Below are positions 35,149 to 50,500 of a stretch of 64,000 nucleotides of DNA, piece by piece. Origin of the DNA: Yuukianura sp. NJ FZ-2021 (lineage: Eukaryota). The position numbers and the translations under genes were made by a program. Below the pieces are notes generated by a model. The model was given only the letters and a program-made list of their open reading frames with translations, searched no databases and was not told the DNA's origin. How positions within the stretch are numbered: the stretch's first letter is position 1; the number at the start of each line of letters is the position of its first letter. The stretch lies in assembly GCA_046563655.1 (NCBI GenBank), contig CM102289.1, forward strand, positions 2,666,001 through 2,730,000. The letters run 5' to 3'.

Positions 35149-35742
35149 ATGCCATCCTACGAAGTGGCCCTCGTTTTGAAGAAAATGGCCAAAGCCGAAA
35201 CAGCGACCGTTTTAAAGCGCATAGCTACTCAAATACTAAGCAACAATGGAATTCTTTTCAAAATGGAGAATTTAGGTACGCGAGCTCTTCCGTATGTGAT
35301 GTCATCGCACGGATCAAAATACAAAGAAGGAAGGTATTAATCGCACGTTTATGATGTTCCAAGTTCCATAACGCTAATCGCCTTTCGTCTTGATTTTTGT
35401 TTTGTAGCTATTTTGTCATGCAGTTTGATTCCTCGCCAACTTTATTGGACACACTGACAGACGAGTATCGGAGGGACGTTGATATTATACGTTCAGGATT
35501 CACCAAAGTATCGTAAGTTCTCCAATTTCTTAGTTGGACCCATTCCTCATTTCTTGCGGATGCTTAACGTAGGTCTTCATTCCTTGTTTAGTGTCGAATC
35601 TGCGTATAATTGCACATTGGAAGAAGAACTGAAACCCCCTGCGTACCGCAAAGATGTCAAAGCCATGATCGAGGAGGGCCGAAAGCGAGAACGGATATTT
35701 AACCCCAACACAGGACTAAACTATAATCCATGGAGTCGATAA
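35149..35742 (+). CDS. MRPS6: Mitochondrial ribosomal protein S6 (bS6m); exons 35149-35333, 35408-35512, 35592-35742
   Basis: MPSYEVALVLKKM...MENLGTRALPY...EGSYFVMQFD...RDVDIIR...CTLEEELKPPAYRKDV. AATAAA at about 35895. Confidence 0.92.
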
Positions 35743-36269
35743 AGTTCAGTATACCTTCGTCACAGTTTGTGAACCTTTGTTAAAACTTGACGTCGATTCC
35801 TATAGAATAGTTTCCGACTTGTTCACAGTGTAGTAACGGCTGCTTTTTGGTCATGCTGGCCACACGAAGTTGCAATTTCAGATTTAGCTTTTGTAATAAA
35901 ACTTTAATCGTTTAGGTTAGTACTCATGTCGCGATGTGTTTGAGAAAACTTTCTCAAGCACATCTTAAACTTTCTACGGTTTCTTACCTCCAGCAATGAA
36001 CGCCTGAGCCTCTGATCAAGCGAACGGCAGATTTCGCGAAATTCTGAGGATTAGCCACACCGAAGTTCGCCGTGTGTAAAACACATTTCCTCTTTTATTT
36101 TTCTCCCTCCATTTAATGTTTAACCAATTTTTTTGTTTACGATTGAAGACGTCGAACGAAAGGACGAAAACAAAAATAGTCTCCTACCGGGACGTAGGGA
36201 GTGGGAGGTCGACATTTCCCTGGAAGGAGCAGAAGATACTCCAGCGAAATCATATTAGTAAAATTTAAA

Positions 36270-37480
36270 ATGTTTCGTTCACGTTCAGCAAGTATTTTGA
36301 CTTCTTACATAAGTAAAGTATTCAGGCAAGTGGAACAGAGACATAGTTATGCGAGCATCAGCGCGAATATCGCGCAAGCCGATAGCGCAGTGAAGATGGG
36401 AACTACTTCCGGAGACTTGTCGGAAGAAGCGACGTTAATTCGCTCAGGTAAATGCGTATAAAAAATGGTGATTTGATTTCGATTTAGGCGATTTAACTCC
36501 CTTGATTCTGTTTCCTCAGACAGAGGACCGCTTCCGATTATAACATCAAGGCAACTGGAATATTGTCCAACCCATAGAATCCCACGTCAAGCCTGGGTTG
36601 AAAACTTGGACACTATTGAAGAGGAAAAACTTGGCCTGGTTGACCTCCATCCTGATGTCTTTGCGCATTTTCCAAGAATGGATATACTACAGGAGAACAT
36701 CCGATGGCAAAACATGTACAAACGGATAGTGAGTCATGATACCGTCGTTTCAAAATTTATAACTAACCTGACCTTTTCTTAGTTAACTTTTGACAAATTG
36801 TGTTTAGGATTGGCACACAGTTAAAACCAGAGCTGAATTACCTGGCGGTGGAAGGAAACCATGGCCACAGAAGGGAACTGGACGTGCTCGTCACGGTTCC
36901 GTCAGAAGTCCACTTTTTCTGCATGGAGGGAAGGCTCACGGCCCGAGAGGACCGAAAACTCACTTCAACATGATTTCCTTCTTTACGCGTGTCAAGGGCC
37001 TTTGCATTGCTTTATCAATGAAGTTTGCCCAGGACGACTTAAAAATTGTCGATTCCTTGGAAATCCCGTCTGAGGATCCGGAGTTCCTAGAGGACTTGGC
37101 AGCGCAGCGCAGTTGGGGAATCTCTGTTCTCTTCGTTGACGAGTAAACTAAAACTTAAGTTACAAAATCTAAAAGAAACAGTCTAACTCATGTATTTAAA
37201 TCTTTCCAGCACGGACATGATGCCAAAGAACATATCACTTGCCACAGAGGTAGTGGGACACATCAACCTCATGCCAGTCTATGGCCTAAATTGTTACTCC
37301 ATGCTGAAGCATGAGACTCTCGTTCTTACAACAGCCGCTGTAAATCGGATTGAAGAGAGACTTCTTTTTCAATTGCATCGAAGTGACGCCCATGGCATGA
37401 TTCAGAAAAGTGCAAATCCTACTCAGGGTTCTGCTTATAGACCAAAGACACCTAGTACTGCCCAGTCAAGCCAACGCTAA
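36270..37480 (+). CDS. MRPL4: Mitochondrial ribosomal protein L4 (uL4m); exons 36270-36447, 36520-36728, 36808-37142, 37210-37480
   Basis: Arg/Ser-rich targeting peptide, then [72 protein letters not shown]. Confidence 0.95.
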
Positions 37481-37941
37481 AAATCCGTCAATCAATTAAA
37501 ATTAGAGCTGTTTCGGAATACTTTTACTAATAAATAACGTTATTCCAAAATTGCCTTATTTAGTTGGCCAACAGGCGTCACTTGCAATTTCACTCCCCCT
37601 TGTCACACTGATTAATCTAAAACAAGAGAAATCGGAAATATTTTCCATGATTATTGTCATGACATGACCTGCCACATTTTTCTTAATTACTTTCATCACT
37701 CATTAATCTCCGCCTGCAACCTCAGGAGAAATCTGTGACAAATATGGAAATGTGCAATATGTGCACAGTCAAAATTGAACACAACGCGGTAGCAAGGTAG
37801 CAAGTTAGCAAGGTAGCGCAAACACAACACAATTCCCGTGAACCAACCAACGGATTCTTGCAATTTCATTGTTAGTAAAGACAGTATACTAATCCCAACT
37901 AGTAACTAAGAAATAACAGAAAAAAAAACAAAACTAACAGT

Positions 37942-39224
37942 ATGAAGGTGAGACGGCAACCTGTTTTTCCAGCGCTTCCAGATTTCAACACGTAAGTCGA
38001 CACAGACTAAATTTCTCGCTTCTGTAAACAAATTAGTTGCCTCAGAATAAGTTTTATAACTTAAACAGAACCAAACCTAGAATTCTACTCGTCGTTCTAC
38101 TTTTCTTGCTGGTCTCTTTGGAGAATCTCGTTGTTGGAACCGGTACGTCAAATACGATGCAAGTCAAACAAGCAGCATCGATCTCTCCGAAACGGATTCC
38201 AGCGTTGCACGAAGTAGTATTTAACGTCTCCAAAAATCCAATAGCTGCTTATGTACAGGCCATAACGTGCTGTGGAACAGGAAACCAATTATATACGTAC
38301 GCTGCTGCATACGCCTTTTCGCGTACCTTAAAAATTCCGTTGGTAGTAGAAGTCAAACGTTGGACTTGCAAGTCTCGCTCTTTCACATTGGATTTGTTCA
38401 ACATTTCAAACTCAAACACGAAACTTGTCGCTTCCGAAGTCGGGAGAAACTTTTTACTCGCTAACAATGTTACACGCATCAACGAGTTGACTTTTCAGTA
38501 CGCCATGGATTACTTGAAAACACATGAGGAACGCTGCAACGGCAAAACTTGTGTATTTGTGTTCAATCACCATTTCCAGGTTCTTCCGTTCTTCGATACA
38601 TTCCGTAACGAATTGGCGGAAATTTTTAGTTTAGAAAAGTACATGAGTAATAGGAGCAAGAATCGTCAACAGAAGTCTATCAAACTACTGGAGAAAATTG
38701 GCCAAGTCGATAGCGTTGCCGTTCACATACGTCGTGGTGACTACGTACATTCAAAAAATTGTCATGCGCTGCTACCACTTGGATATTACATACATGCAAT
38801 GGAGAAACTCAAACAGCTGAGACGGGAAGCCCACTTCTTTGTCTTCTCCGACAGCATTGGCTGGGTAAAGACAGCATTTCAACGACTCAACTTGACGGCC
38901 ACGTACACCATAACGTTTGTAACTACGAAATACCAACTGAAGTCGCTGGACCAATTCTATGTAATGGGAAAGTGTAAACATTTCATAGTTGCTAATAGCA
39001 CATTTAGCTGGTGGGTAGCTTACTTAAACTCAATTAGAAATGGCACAATTGTTATAGCGCCGTTTCCAAATTTCCCAGAGTATGTATTTGTGGCGGGTAG
39101 CAAACGTAAAATACTAGAAGACGGGTACCCGCGGTACCCACCGGAATGGATCCTTCTAAACCCTGCTTGGAACACATCATCAACTAGACGCAAACTACAA
39201 AAGAAAAAAGTTATTAAAAATTAG
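37942..39224 (+). CDS. GT11 alpha-1,2-fucosyltransferase-like type II membrane protein; exons 37942-37991 and 38069-39224
   Basis: GTGNQLYTYA, VAVHIRRGDY, FFVFSDSIGWVK, CKHFIVANSTFSWWVAYL, VIAP. A phase-2 intron (GTAAGT...AACAG) joins a short Met exon to the TM anchor ILLVVLLFLLVSL. Confidence 0.88.
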
Positions 39225-39923
39225 CTCAAAACTGACACAAGAATAAATAAATTTATTCTGGGATTACCGTTAGGCCTACTCGTTATAGTTTCAATAACGT
39301 TCGGAAGAAATTTTAACCGAAGAAAGTAAAAAACGCAACAGATCTGTAAACTAGTATTTAGTTTATGTTTTCTTCCTACACTTCCGGGCTAATACGCTGC
39401 CTTGGTTAAATTTCATTAGGTTAATGCATGTTTTGAAATAGAGTGTTAGTAAATTTCACTCAACAAACTTAGACAACAAAAAGTTAGCACCAGAATAATT
39501 ATTAATTTCTCCTGATTTGTACTGTTTTAAAAACTACGATTAAAATAGAGTCATTAGTAGCTGTCTGGATATCGAGAAATTCGAAATTGGCATTTTCAAT
39601 TCCTGAGCCTTCGTATACTAATTAAGTTTAAGTTTTTTACACAGTTGACAACGTTTCAATATTTGCGAATCGGGCCAAGGCAAAACATGACACATCCATG
39701 GTAAGTTAAATTAATAAGTGCATGGGGCAAGACTTTTCAAAACGAAAAACAAAAACATTCGCCCTAACTCTAAGTTACTACTGTCAAATGGCTCGGTAAA
39801 AGGACGTTAAACGTAAACTGAAGATCCAGGCTATTAATTAAAAATAGTAAACTTAATAGCTGTTAAACTGTTAGATAATTTGACTCGGAAACATGAGAAT
39901 AGAAGATCATTTCTAAGGTTCTC

Positions 39924-41801
<1,878 letters not shown>

Positions 41802-44740
41802 CCACTAAAACAAAAACAAAAGGATGTTATGAGAAACTTAGTTCAGAAAAAAATTTTTTGGCAATAATGTTTTCCAAGTGGATAGGCCACAGACAGCAAA
41901 TATTTTTAAACCTGGTATATATTAGCAGTGGCAGTTTGGTTCATGCTTCTCCCACGATCGTAATTGTAATCGAACGCAACCGAAACGGTTTGATTGGAGA
42001 AAACACTACAAGTTCCTCACTGTGGTATCCCGAAACCCTGCAATTCACTTAAGACTTCAAACACGCAAAACCTACACAATGACACGTCACTTCCGATGAC
42101 ATCCCTTTCTAAATCTGAATAACTGCATGTTATAACTTTAAAACTCACTGTGATCCGACTCTCATCCTTTGAGATGATTCACCAATGTTTGTCTTCGAAA
42201 TTCATTTGACACCGCGAATGGTAGAAATTGTGATATGCTGATTCAGATGTATTCAAGATCGGGGTAAAGTATCAATCTCCTTATCAATGCGTAAAGAATT
42301 GATCAGTTGGAGTTGGAGGATCCTGATCCTGAATTAGTCCCAAGCGGTCATCTACAGATTTTGGCTGCTCCACACTTTTTGGATGCTGCAATACACACAA
42401 AGAAAACGAGTAGAGTAAGCTTTGCAATTAACCTTAAGTTAAAAAAAATATACCTTGAAATATAGAACTTGCGTGCCTACAATAGAGAAACAACGTATTA
42501 AAACGTTTCAACGTTTTTTAAGTACTAATTAAAAGCGCAGGCAAAACTAACAATAACTGTGCTTGATTCAAGATTTAAAGATTTATATCACAGTTGACCA
42601 ATCAAGAATCAAGGTCATAAGGACCTCTGTGTGTATGGCAGAAGGTATTTACAATTACAATAGAAAAGCAATAGGAACTTCCGCTTTAATCAGAACTTCA
42701 TTGTGTTTAGTAATCTGTCATCTCTATTCTGGATCTTTTACTTTCTCTTCACACACAATTTTTTGTTGTTGTTGTCCACTAGTCTACCATGAATCATGAT
42801 TATTTTTACACAGAAATCATATTATTCTATGGGAACTTTTGGTAAAGTTCACACGAAATCCCATTCCCAAATCCCAATTACCGAGTAAAAGCTGAATTTG
42901 TTTCTTTTTTTTTCTGTAATACTTATCTGATTCTGGATCAATCCAAACAATATGTCCTTCGATTCTCTATGCTACATAGGAGATAGTAAGCATATGCGAA
43001 ATCGGATAATGGCAAAGGCCAAAATACCTACATGTATTTTAATTTGAAAACTCGGGGATCTCAGTTCCAAACACAATGAAGTTAATCTAAAATCTGGTAA
43101 AGGATTGCGTAAAGGTTAATACGACACACAAATTAGTAATCTGCTGCTGATTAAAGTGTGCCTGTTTCAGTATTAAATTTCTACGAACGGAGAAACAGCT
43201 GACAGGGAAAGCTGACGTGCTAATGCCTTTTGCTGGCTAGGACGAGACTTAGTACTTAACATTTGATCAAGTTTCTTATAAGTAAAGATTTGCAAAACCT
43301 ACCTAATAAGAGTAATGAACTTCTCAGAGCTCAATTAACTAAAAATCCAAATTGATCAAAGTTAACTTACGCATTCGTTGAATGACATAATCACAATTGC
43401 TGCATCTGTAAAAGAGCAGAGATTCCGCAGTGCGTGCGACTTGGTTGGATGAAAGAAACCGATGAAAAAGAAAAAGTGATCTTGAATTCCAGAGAGAGTG
43501 GAGCGGAGATCCGACAGAAATTGGAGATTGGAATTCGAGGAATGTGTACTTGCTCAAGGTATTCGATACATTCACTTTCTATTGTTGATGTGCTGTGTGT
43601 CTGACAACAAATCCAACCGCAGCAAGTGGATCTTCTTGTTTGTCCTATTGTGTTCCACCTTACTCCTTCTCCACCTGGGTCTCCCGTCTGTTTACAGATG
43701 AAGATTCGGAATTCCTCAGAAACACGAAAGACACGAGCGAGGCAGGGAATAATACAGGGCATATGGAAGGAATTTCCCTTATAATGATGTTAATCTTAAG
43801 CTGCGGAATGCAACTCCAACACGTCAAAGACCGAAGGCTCAAATCTGTTAACAAATCCAAAGTCAAAGTGGGCTCGATTGTTTTGTCTGAAAGGTGCAGG
43901 GATATGAAGAATCTCTCTGCGATTGTCCTACGCCCTCAATTCAAAAAATAGAATAAGGTAAAATGACTTTAAGGCCATTCAAAGCGATGAATACGAAAGG
44001 CGACCATATATTTTCCTGAAAAAGAAATTAACTACACCCTAAATCGTCGCATATGACGTGCGCCATATTCTACATTTTTTCGATTCTAAAACAGGCTACA
44101 AGTAAAATCCTGCATTTTTGGCATTAAGACGGGTGCAGATACGGCGTAATGTTTACGACTAATAAAAGAAAGCACAAGTACGCGGTATATCCGAGGATTT
44201 AGGGTAATACAAGTGAATTTTCCAGCTTTTTAGTCGTGTTTCTGAAAAAAAATCAAAAATCTATACAATACTGGGTGGAATCGTTAGAATAATTATGTTA
44301 TTTTAGCAAGGAAGAAATTATGTTCAGCAAACGACGGCATGACAGATGTAATTACGATGGCTAGTGTTAGAGGTAATTCTGGTAATTAGCTGATGTCGAT
44401 ACTACTTGAGTAACTTATTAATGTGTTATAAGTTTTCAAAGGATGCGACGCTGGAGCGCATTAGAATTTCGTATTTCCCCCCTTTTTGACTTTCTAAATA
44501 TGGAATTTAGCCTCTGGGTCTTCTTCTTTTATTAGTTTTTTTGAAACTCAGTTTTTCCAATTTTTGTTACAAAAAGAGAAGTGAAAGTTAGTCAAAAAGT
44601 TGTTCGGAAAATGGAACAATTTTTTACATAACAATGGACAGTCTGTTTTTATTTTTTCCTTTTAAAAGACACCAAGTGGGTGTCATGTTTTAGTCGCATC
44701 AAGAAGCGGAAGCATTTTGGAGATTTCCGAAAAATCTAAG

Positions 44741-47124
44741 ATGAGAGTTTTCAAATTCAAAACGTTTTGGGCACTGACATGGTTGGTATCAATTTTAATT
44801 TCAAATTCTTTTCAGAAACAGCAACAACCGCGTCCATTTCGCTACAAAATCAAGTTCGAAAAGAACCGGCTCATTAAAGTGAAAGCAGGGCTGGGCATCG
44901 GGCTGAAATCCGGAAGTTACAACATGGCTGGTCAAAACTCTAATCTACCAATGAGCTACGAGCTTCAGCAATTGGACGAAGCCTTGGCGTTTTGTAACAC
45001 CGTCGATTTGCGAGAAGTGACAATCATGGATCTGCAGAAAGCCATGGCAACGAGACATGTCTCTTCCCTGGACTTGGTTCGATGTTACACCGCTAGAATT
45101 ACGGCGATGAACCCATACTTGAATGCAGTCATTGAAATCAATCCAGATGCGGAACAAATTGCGAAGAAGTTGGACGAAAGTAGACAAGTTGGCATTCTGC
45201 ATGGACCGCTTCATGGAATTCCGATTCTTATCAAGGATAATATTGCCACTGGAGATAAAATGGAAACCACTGCGGGATCCACGGCGCTTCTCGGAATTAA
45301 GCCCAGAGAGGACGCGGAGGTTGTGAAACGACTGAGACGCGCAGGCGCTATTATTCTAGGAAAGACAAATTTGTCTGAATTTGCTTAGTAAGTCATCTCT
45401 TACACAAAAGTTTTCCAAATTTTTTAAACAGTAGCTATACTTTTTCCTAAACAAAAATTTTTGTGTCAATTTTTGTAGCTTTCGTGGAACTGCTCTTCCG
45501 AATGGCTGGAGCAGCAGAGGAAATCAAACGCGAAACGCGTACGTCCTCAGTAAAGATCCTGATGGATCGAGTTCTGGTTCGGCAGTGGCAGTTGCAGCCA
45601 ATTTGATTCCAGTTGCAATCGGAACTGAAACTGACGGTAAATTTAGGACTCAAAAACATTCTGGAATCGATTTGAAAACGTTGTTAAAAAACGTTTTCAA
45701 ATCGATTCCTTATTGGTTTCCCTATCTTATTCTTATTGGTTCAAACGTTCTTCAAACGTTAAAACGTGATTCTTATTGGATCAAACGTTACCGTATTGGT
45801 TTGCAGGGTCGATTGTTGATCCGTCGTCTCGAGCTTCAGTTGTCGGCCTCAAGCCCAGCATTCACAGAATACCGAATGATGGCGTCATACCGTTAAGTTT
45901 CAGCCAGGATGTTGTAAGAACCTAAAACTTCAAATTATATTTAAAATGTACGTCATGTTTCAAGCCGCTTCCCGCCAATTTGAGCACACCTTTAAACAAA
46001 AGCATGGCGGAGACTAAAATTTCTGAATTTTTAAAGATTACTTTAGAATTGGCGATAAACTGTGACGAAAATTGAGACAGACGCAGTTTTGTAATGTGTG
46101 ACCGTAGTAAGTTTTTGTCGTTTTGATTTCAGATTGGACCAATTGCACGGACTGTTGCTGATGTGGCGGTGTTGTTCCACGTGATTTCAAAATACGGTTT
46201 TACAGATAGCTGCTTCAGCGTCAACTCTGGTTTAGACAATTGTGCCATTAATGTAAGAATGAATTAACTGCAAAGTGTTTAAGGAAGTTGAACATAGGAA
46301 AAGGTCACAACAAGTCGGTTAATTTGTGGTTTCTTTATTGACCCGTTTCTTATTGTTTTTTTTAGAACTTGCGGGTTGGAGTTTTACGTGACCCCAATTG
46401 GGAACGTCAAGAAGTTCGAGATCAAGTTCCTCAATTAGAAGACGTTCTAAGTGTACTGAAATCCGCAGGCGTAGTTGTAGAAGATCCAGTAGTAGCATCT
46501 CCGGGTACTTTGGCCTGTGTTACCACAGAATCAGGTCAGCTTTGATCAAAGTTTTTTCCGTTTCATTCCAAACCTCAAGTTTACAAAGTGAAAACGTCTT
46601 CAATTTCATTTTCAACAGAAATCCTGGTGTTTCTGCATGAATTCAAGTACGGGATCAACGAATATCTGCAAACCAAAGTAAAACAGAACCTGCGCAGTGA
46701 GAATGGGCGTGCTTATTCCATTGCTTCTCTCGACGACATCATTGAGTTCAACCGAAAGTGTCCAACATCCGCTGGACCTTATAACCAAGATCTTCTGATT
46801 CGAGCCAGCCAAACGGACGGAATTTTAAACAAAACGTACTTGGCTGAACGGGAGAAGAATCAGATGGCTGCTACTTTGTACACTAAATTTTTATTTGAAA
46901 AGTACTCACTAGATGCCATTATTGTTCCGTCTGCCAACGCATCTCAAGTTCCCGCAGTCGCTGGTTATCCAATCATAACTGTGCCAGGAGGATTTACCCA
47001 AGATCATCTTCCTTTCGGAGTTGCACTTTATGGACAAAAGAATTCGGATGAAACGCTACTCCATTTGGCTCATCTCATTGAACGAAACTTAAATGCTCGC
47101 AAACCTCCGAATTTTCTACCTTAA
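44741..47124 (+). CDS. Amidase signature family enzyme (peptide-amidase / fungal-bacterial type); exons 44741?-45387, 45479-45636, 45807-45913, 46133-46252, 46366-46534, 46619-47124
   Basis: [14 protein letters not shown] (catalytic Lys), [41 protein letters not shown] (nucleophile Ser), [24 protein letters not shown]. The start codon is uncertain. Confidence 0.92.
45660..45800. repeat. Intronic palindrome plus short tandem repeats
   Basis: Hairpin AATCGATTTGAAAACGTT-GTTAAAA-AACGTTTTCAAATCGATT followed by four TATTGG-containing units. Confidence 0.7.
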
Positions 47125-47585
47125 AGTTTATAAACTGAGGTGACTTTTTAAATTTTCCTGATCTTAAAAATATCATTTGCAATTAAATTTTATAGTTTAA
47201 ATTTTACAATTTTGTAGATGATATTGTGATTTTAGTCCACCAAAAGAAAATCTTCTCTTTGCGGTTATCCTTACATCCGCTTTGTAACCAATTTCTTATC
47301 CGAGCCAATTAGAATCTCCAGTTTAGAATCTTATGATAAAACAAACTCTTTTGATTATGAATGCGACTGACCTCAACCGGCTAAAACGACTGACCTCAAC
47401 TGGAGACAAGACAATATTTTAACTTATCTTATGAAACAATTATTGTGATTGGGACACTGGATTTTAAACAGTATCAGATATTTTACAATCTTCAAAACTG
47501 AAATTACGCCGCAGTTACTTAACTCCAATTTAGTTTGATGGCTTTATTTGCTCTGTACGGAGAGTAAAAAGAAATAAGCTCAAAA

Positions 47586-50500
47586 ATGCTTTCACGAAAA
47601 AAAGAATTGGGTGAAATCGCTCCACTTTTACCTCAACAAAAACACTCGAAAGATTCACCCGATGAAGAAGACGATACGAGGTATGAAAAAATATTTTAAA
47701 AAAATTCAACTCAAATGCACATCAAAATTAAAAATTGTAAATTCAAACAAAGTAGTCTAAAACTTTAATTTTGAAAATCTCTGAAAATTTTTTTGATTAA
47801 GTGTGCTGAAGTTCATTAATTTTTCATTCTACTGTAGGAAGCTATTGGGATTTAAGGATGAGAAGAAAGGCAGCGTCACTGTCCTGGAACTGGTAAGAAA
47901 AATTCCTTTTATTAAATTTTTCAAACTTCCACTTTTGCTGTAAGGAGCGAAACTTTCTCTTGTTTTTGGTGATTTTTTTTTAATTTTTTAGTTCCGCTTT
48001 GCCAGTCCGAAAGACAAACTAATCATGATAATTGGAACTTTTTTTGCAATTGTGCACGGAGCCGGTGGACCAATTCTAGGAGTTGTATTTGGGCACATGG
48101 CAAATACTTTTCTGGCTACCAGTTCGGTAAGGATTTTCAAAAAAAAAAAATATCTGAAACTACTTCTTTTTTTAGAATTTTAAAATTCTGGTTGAATTTT
48201 AGCCTCAATGGACGGTGCAGCACTCTTCGGCATCAACAAAGATGGCTACTTACTGTATCATCTACGCTTCACTAGGAGTGATGACACTTTGTTCTGCTTT
48301 CATTCAGGTTAATTGATAAAAATTTTATGCAAAACAAAACAAAAATTCATAAAGTTTAAGTAACCTCTATCGATCAAAATTAAAAATCTGGAATATAATT
48401 TTAGACATACTGTTGGGAAGTTGCAGCCGCCAGCCTAGTTTTCAAATTACGACGACAGTTTTTCCGTCAAGTTCTTCGGCAGCAGATTAACTGGTTTGAC
48501 GAACACCAAACTGGAGATTTAACACTCAACTTACTAGAGTATGTAACAAAAAAACTTTTGTCTCAAAGTATATTAAGATTTTCAAAAAAAATAGTTTCAC
48601 CATATTTTTTTAATTTCGTTTTATAGCGACCTGGAGCGTTTCCAAGAGGGAGTTGGTCAAAGTTTTAGGTAAGACTATGCATAACTTAAGGACATACAAA
48701 TTTCTTATTCGGTTACTTGTTAAACTAATTAACGTTTGAATTTCCAGTGCTGCAATCCAGTACATGTCCGGCTTTTTACTGGGTATTGCAGTTGGCCTTG
48801 CAACTTGTTGGCAGCTCACTGTACTCGTCATTGCCCTCACGCCAATTCTATCAATGAAGGCTGCTGTTGTTGGAAAAGTTTGTGCAAAAATTTTGACTAG
48901 ATTATTATTTGTATTATTATAATTATTATGAATTTAGCCTAAAGCTTTATACTGACTCAAAATATTTTTTTAGTATGTAATCAGGAAAATGGCAGAAGAA
49001 AAAGAAAAGTATGCAAAAGCGGGATGTTTGTCCATAGAAACTTTTTCAAGCAACCGAACAGTTGCAGCTTTCGGTGGAGAAAAGCGGGAAATTGAAAAAT
49101 ACAAAAACGCTCTGACTGAAGGACTACAGTCGGCGAAAAAACGAATTTTACTACAAGCGGCGGGAATCGGATTTTCATTTTTCATGCTCTACTCGTGTCA
49201 AGGTGTAGCTTTTTGGTATGGAGCAAAACTTATTAATGACGTCCTTGCAACTCCTGGCTCAATTCTAACGGTAAATAGATAAGAATAACATAGTATATAA
49301 AATAATATAATATATTACCAAGTATTATAATCAAATATGTACGTATGTATACAATTTTTAGGAAATTTCACAAACGTCTCGATTTTGTATAGGTCATGAC
49401 CTCAACAATGATGGGAGTGTTCGCATTGGGTCATGCAATTCCATACTTCAGCATCATCACAATTGCTCAATGTGAGCATTATTTAGTGTTTTTCTACACT
49501 TCATAATTAATTGTATAATTAACGCTTACAATTAATTCAAACTTGACATGGAAACTGACTATTTTTTAGCTGCGGCTGAAAGAGTTTACAAGGTCATTGA
49601 CACTATCCCGTCCATTGACCCCTACAGCACCACTGGAGCCTATCTGGACAAAGTAGTCGGCAAAATTCAGTTTTCAAATGTCCATTTCAGCTATCCAGCA
49701 AGGCAAACTATACCAGTAAATACTTTTAGGTTTTCAAATTTTTCAAAAAATGTTTATGAAGAGTTCTCACTTGCATAGGTGTTGAAGAGACTGGACTTTA
49801 CAGTGATGCCTGGTCAGACAATTGGGTAAAAAATATGTGTTTTTTTTTTGCCGAATTTGAATATTTCTTGTATCGTTTTTTAATCACTTTGTAGATTGGT
49901 GGGAACAAGTGGCGCAGGGAAAAGTACGATTGTGAACATGTTGCTTAGGTTTTACGATCCGCAGAGTGGTGAAATTCTGTTGGATGGAAATGACATCAAG
50001 TCGCTCAATCTGCATTGGCTCAGAAATCAAATCGGATACGTCGCCCAAGAGCCCGTTCTCTTCAGCACAACAATTTACGACAACATTCTCCTTGGCACAA
50101 CAAAGGAAGTTTCACATCAAGACGTCATCGATGCTGCCAGAATGGCCAACGTCCACGAATTCATCGTATCTCTGCCGCAGGTGATTCAAGATAAATTCAT
50201 GTTTGTTTGAATTCAAAAGCATTTCAAAATTTTCTCTGCAATATTTTTTAATTTTATTTATCTTAGGGCTACAATACTGAAATCAGCGGAACCAAATTGT
50301 CCGGAGGACAGAAGCAACGAATTGCAATAGCTCGAGCCATTATCAGTAATCCAAAGATTTTGCTTCTAGATGAAGCAACAAGCGCTCTGGATGCAAAATC
50401 CGAAGCTTTAGTTCAAGTTGGTCTTCGTAAGGCAATGAAAGGACGAACAACTATCATAATTGCACATAGACTTTCTACCATACGTGACGCCGACGTAATT

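Noticed and set aside
38037..38068. TTG-initiated, intronless prokaryote-style start for the GT11 gene, or bacterial contamination
   Set aside because: A phase-compatible upstream ATG exon with a GTAAGT donor exists, the protein has a TM anchor and a polyA signal, and the flanks are eukaryotic genes.
43339..43951. Cluster of overlapping ORFs upstream of Csk
   Set aside because: No domain similarity. The region is better explained as a Csk 5'UTR exon ending at the GTAAG donor near 43370.
45386..45391. Apparent premature stop (TAG TAA) ending the amidase ORF, suggesting a pseudogene
   Set aside because: The stop overlaps a TA|GTAAGT donor. Splicing to 45479 gives TAC (Tyr) and continues in frame into the GSSSGS motif.
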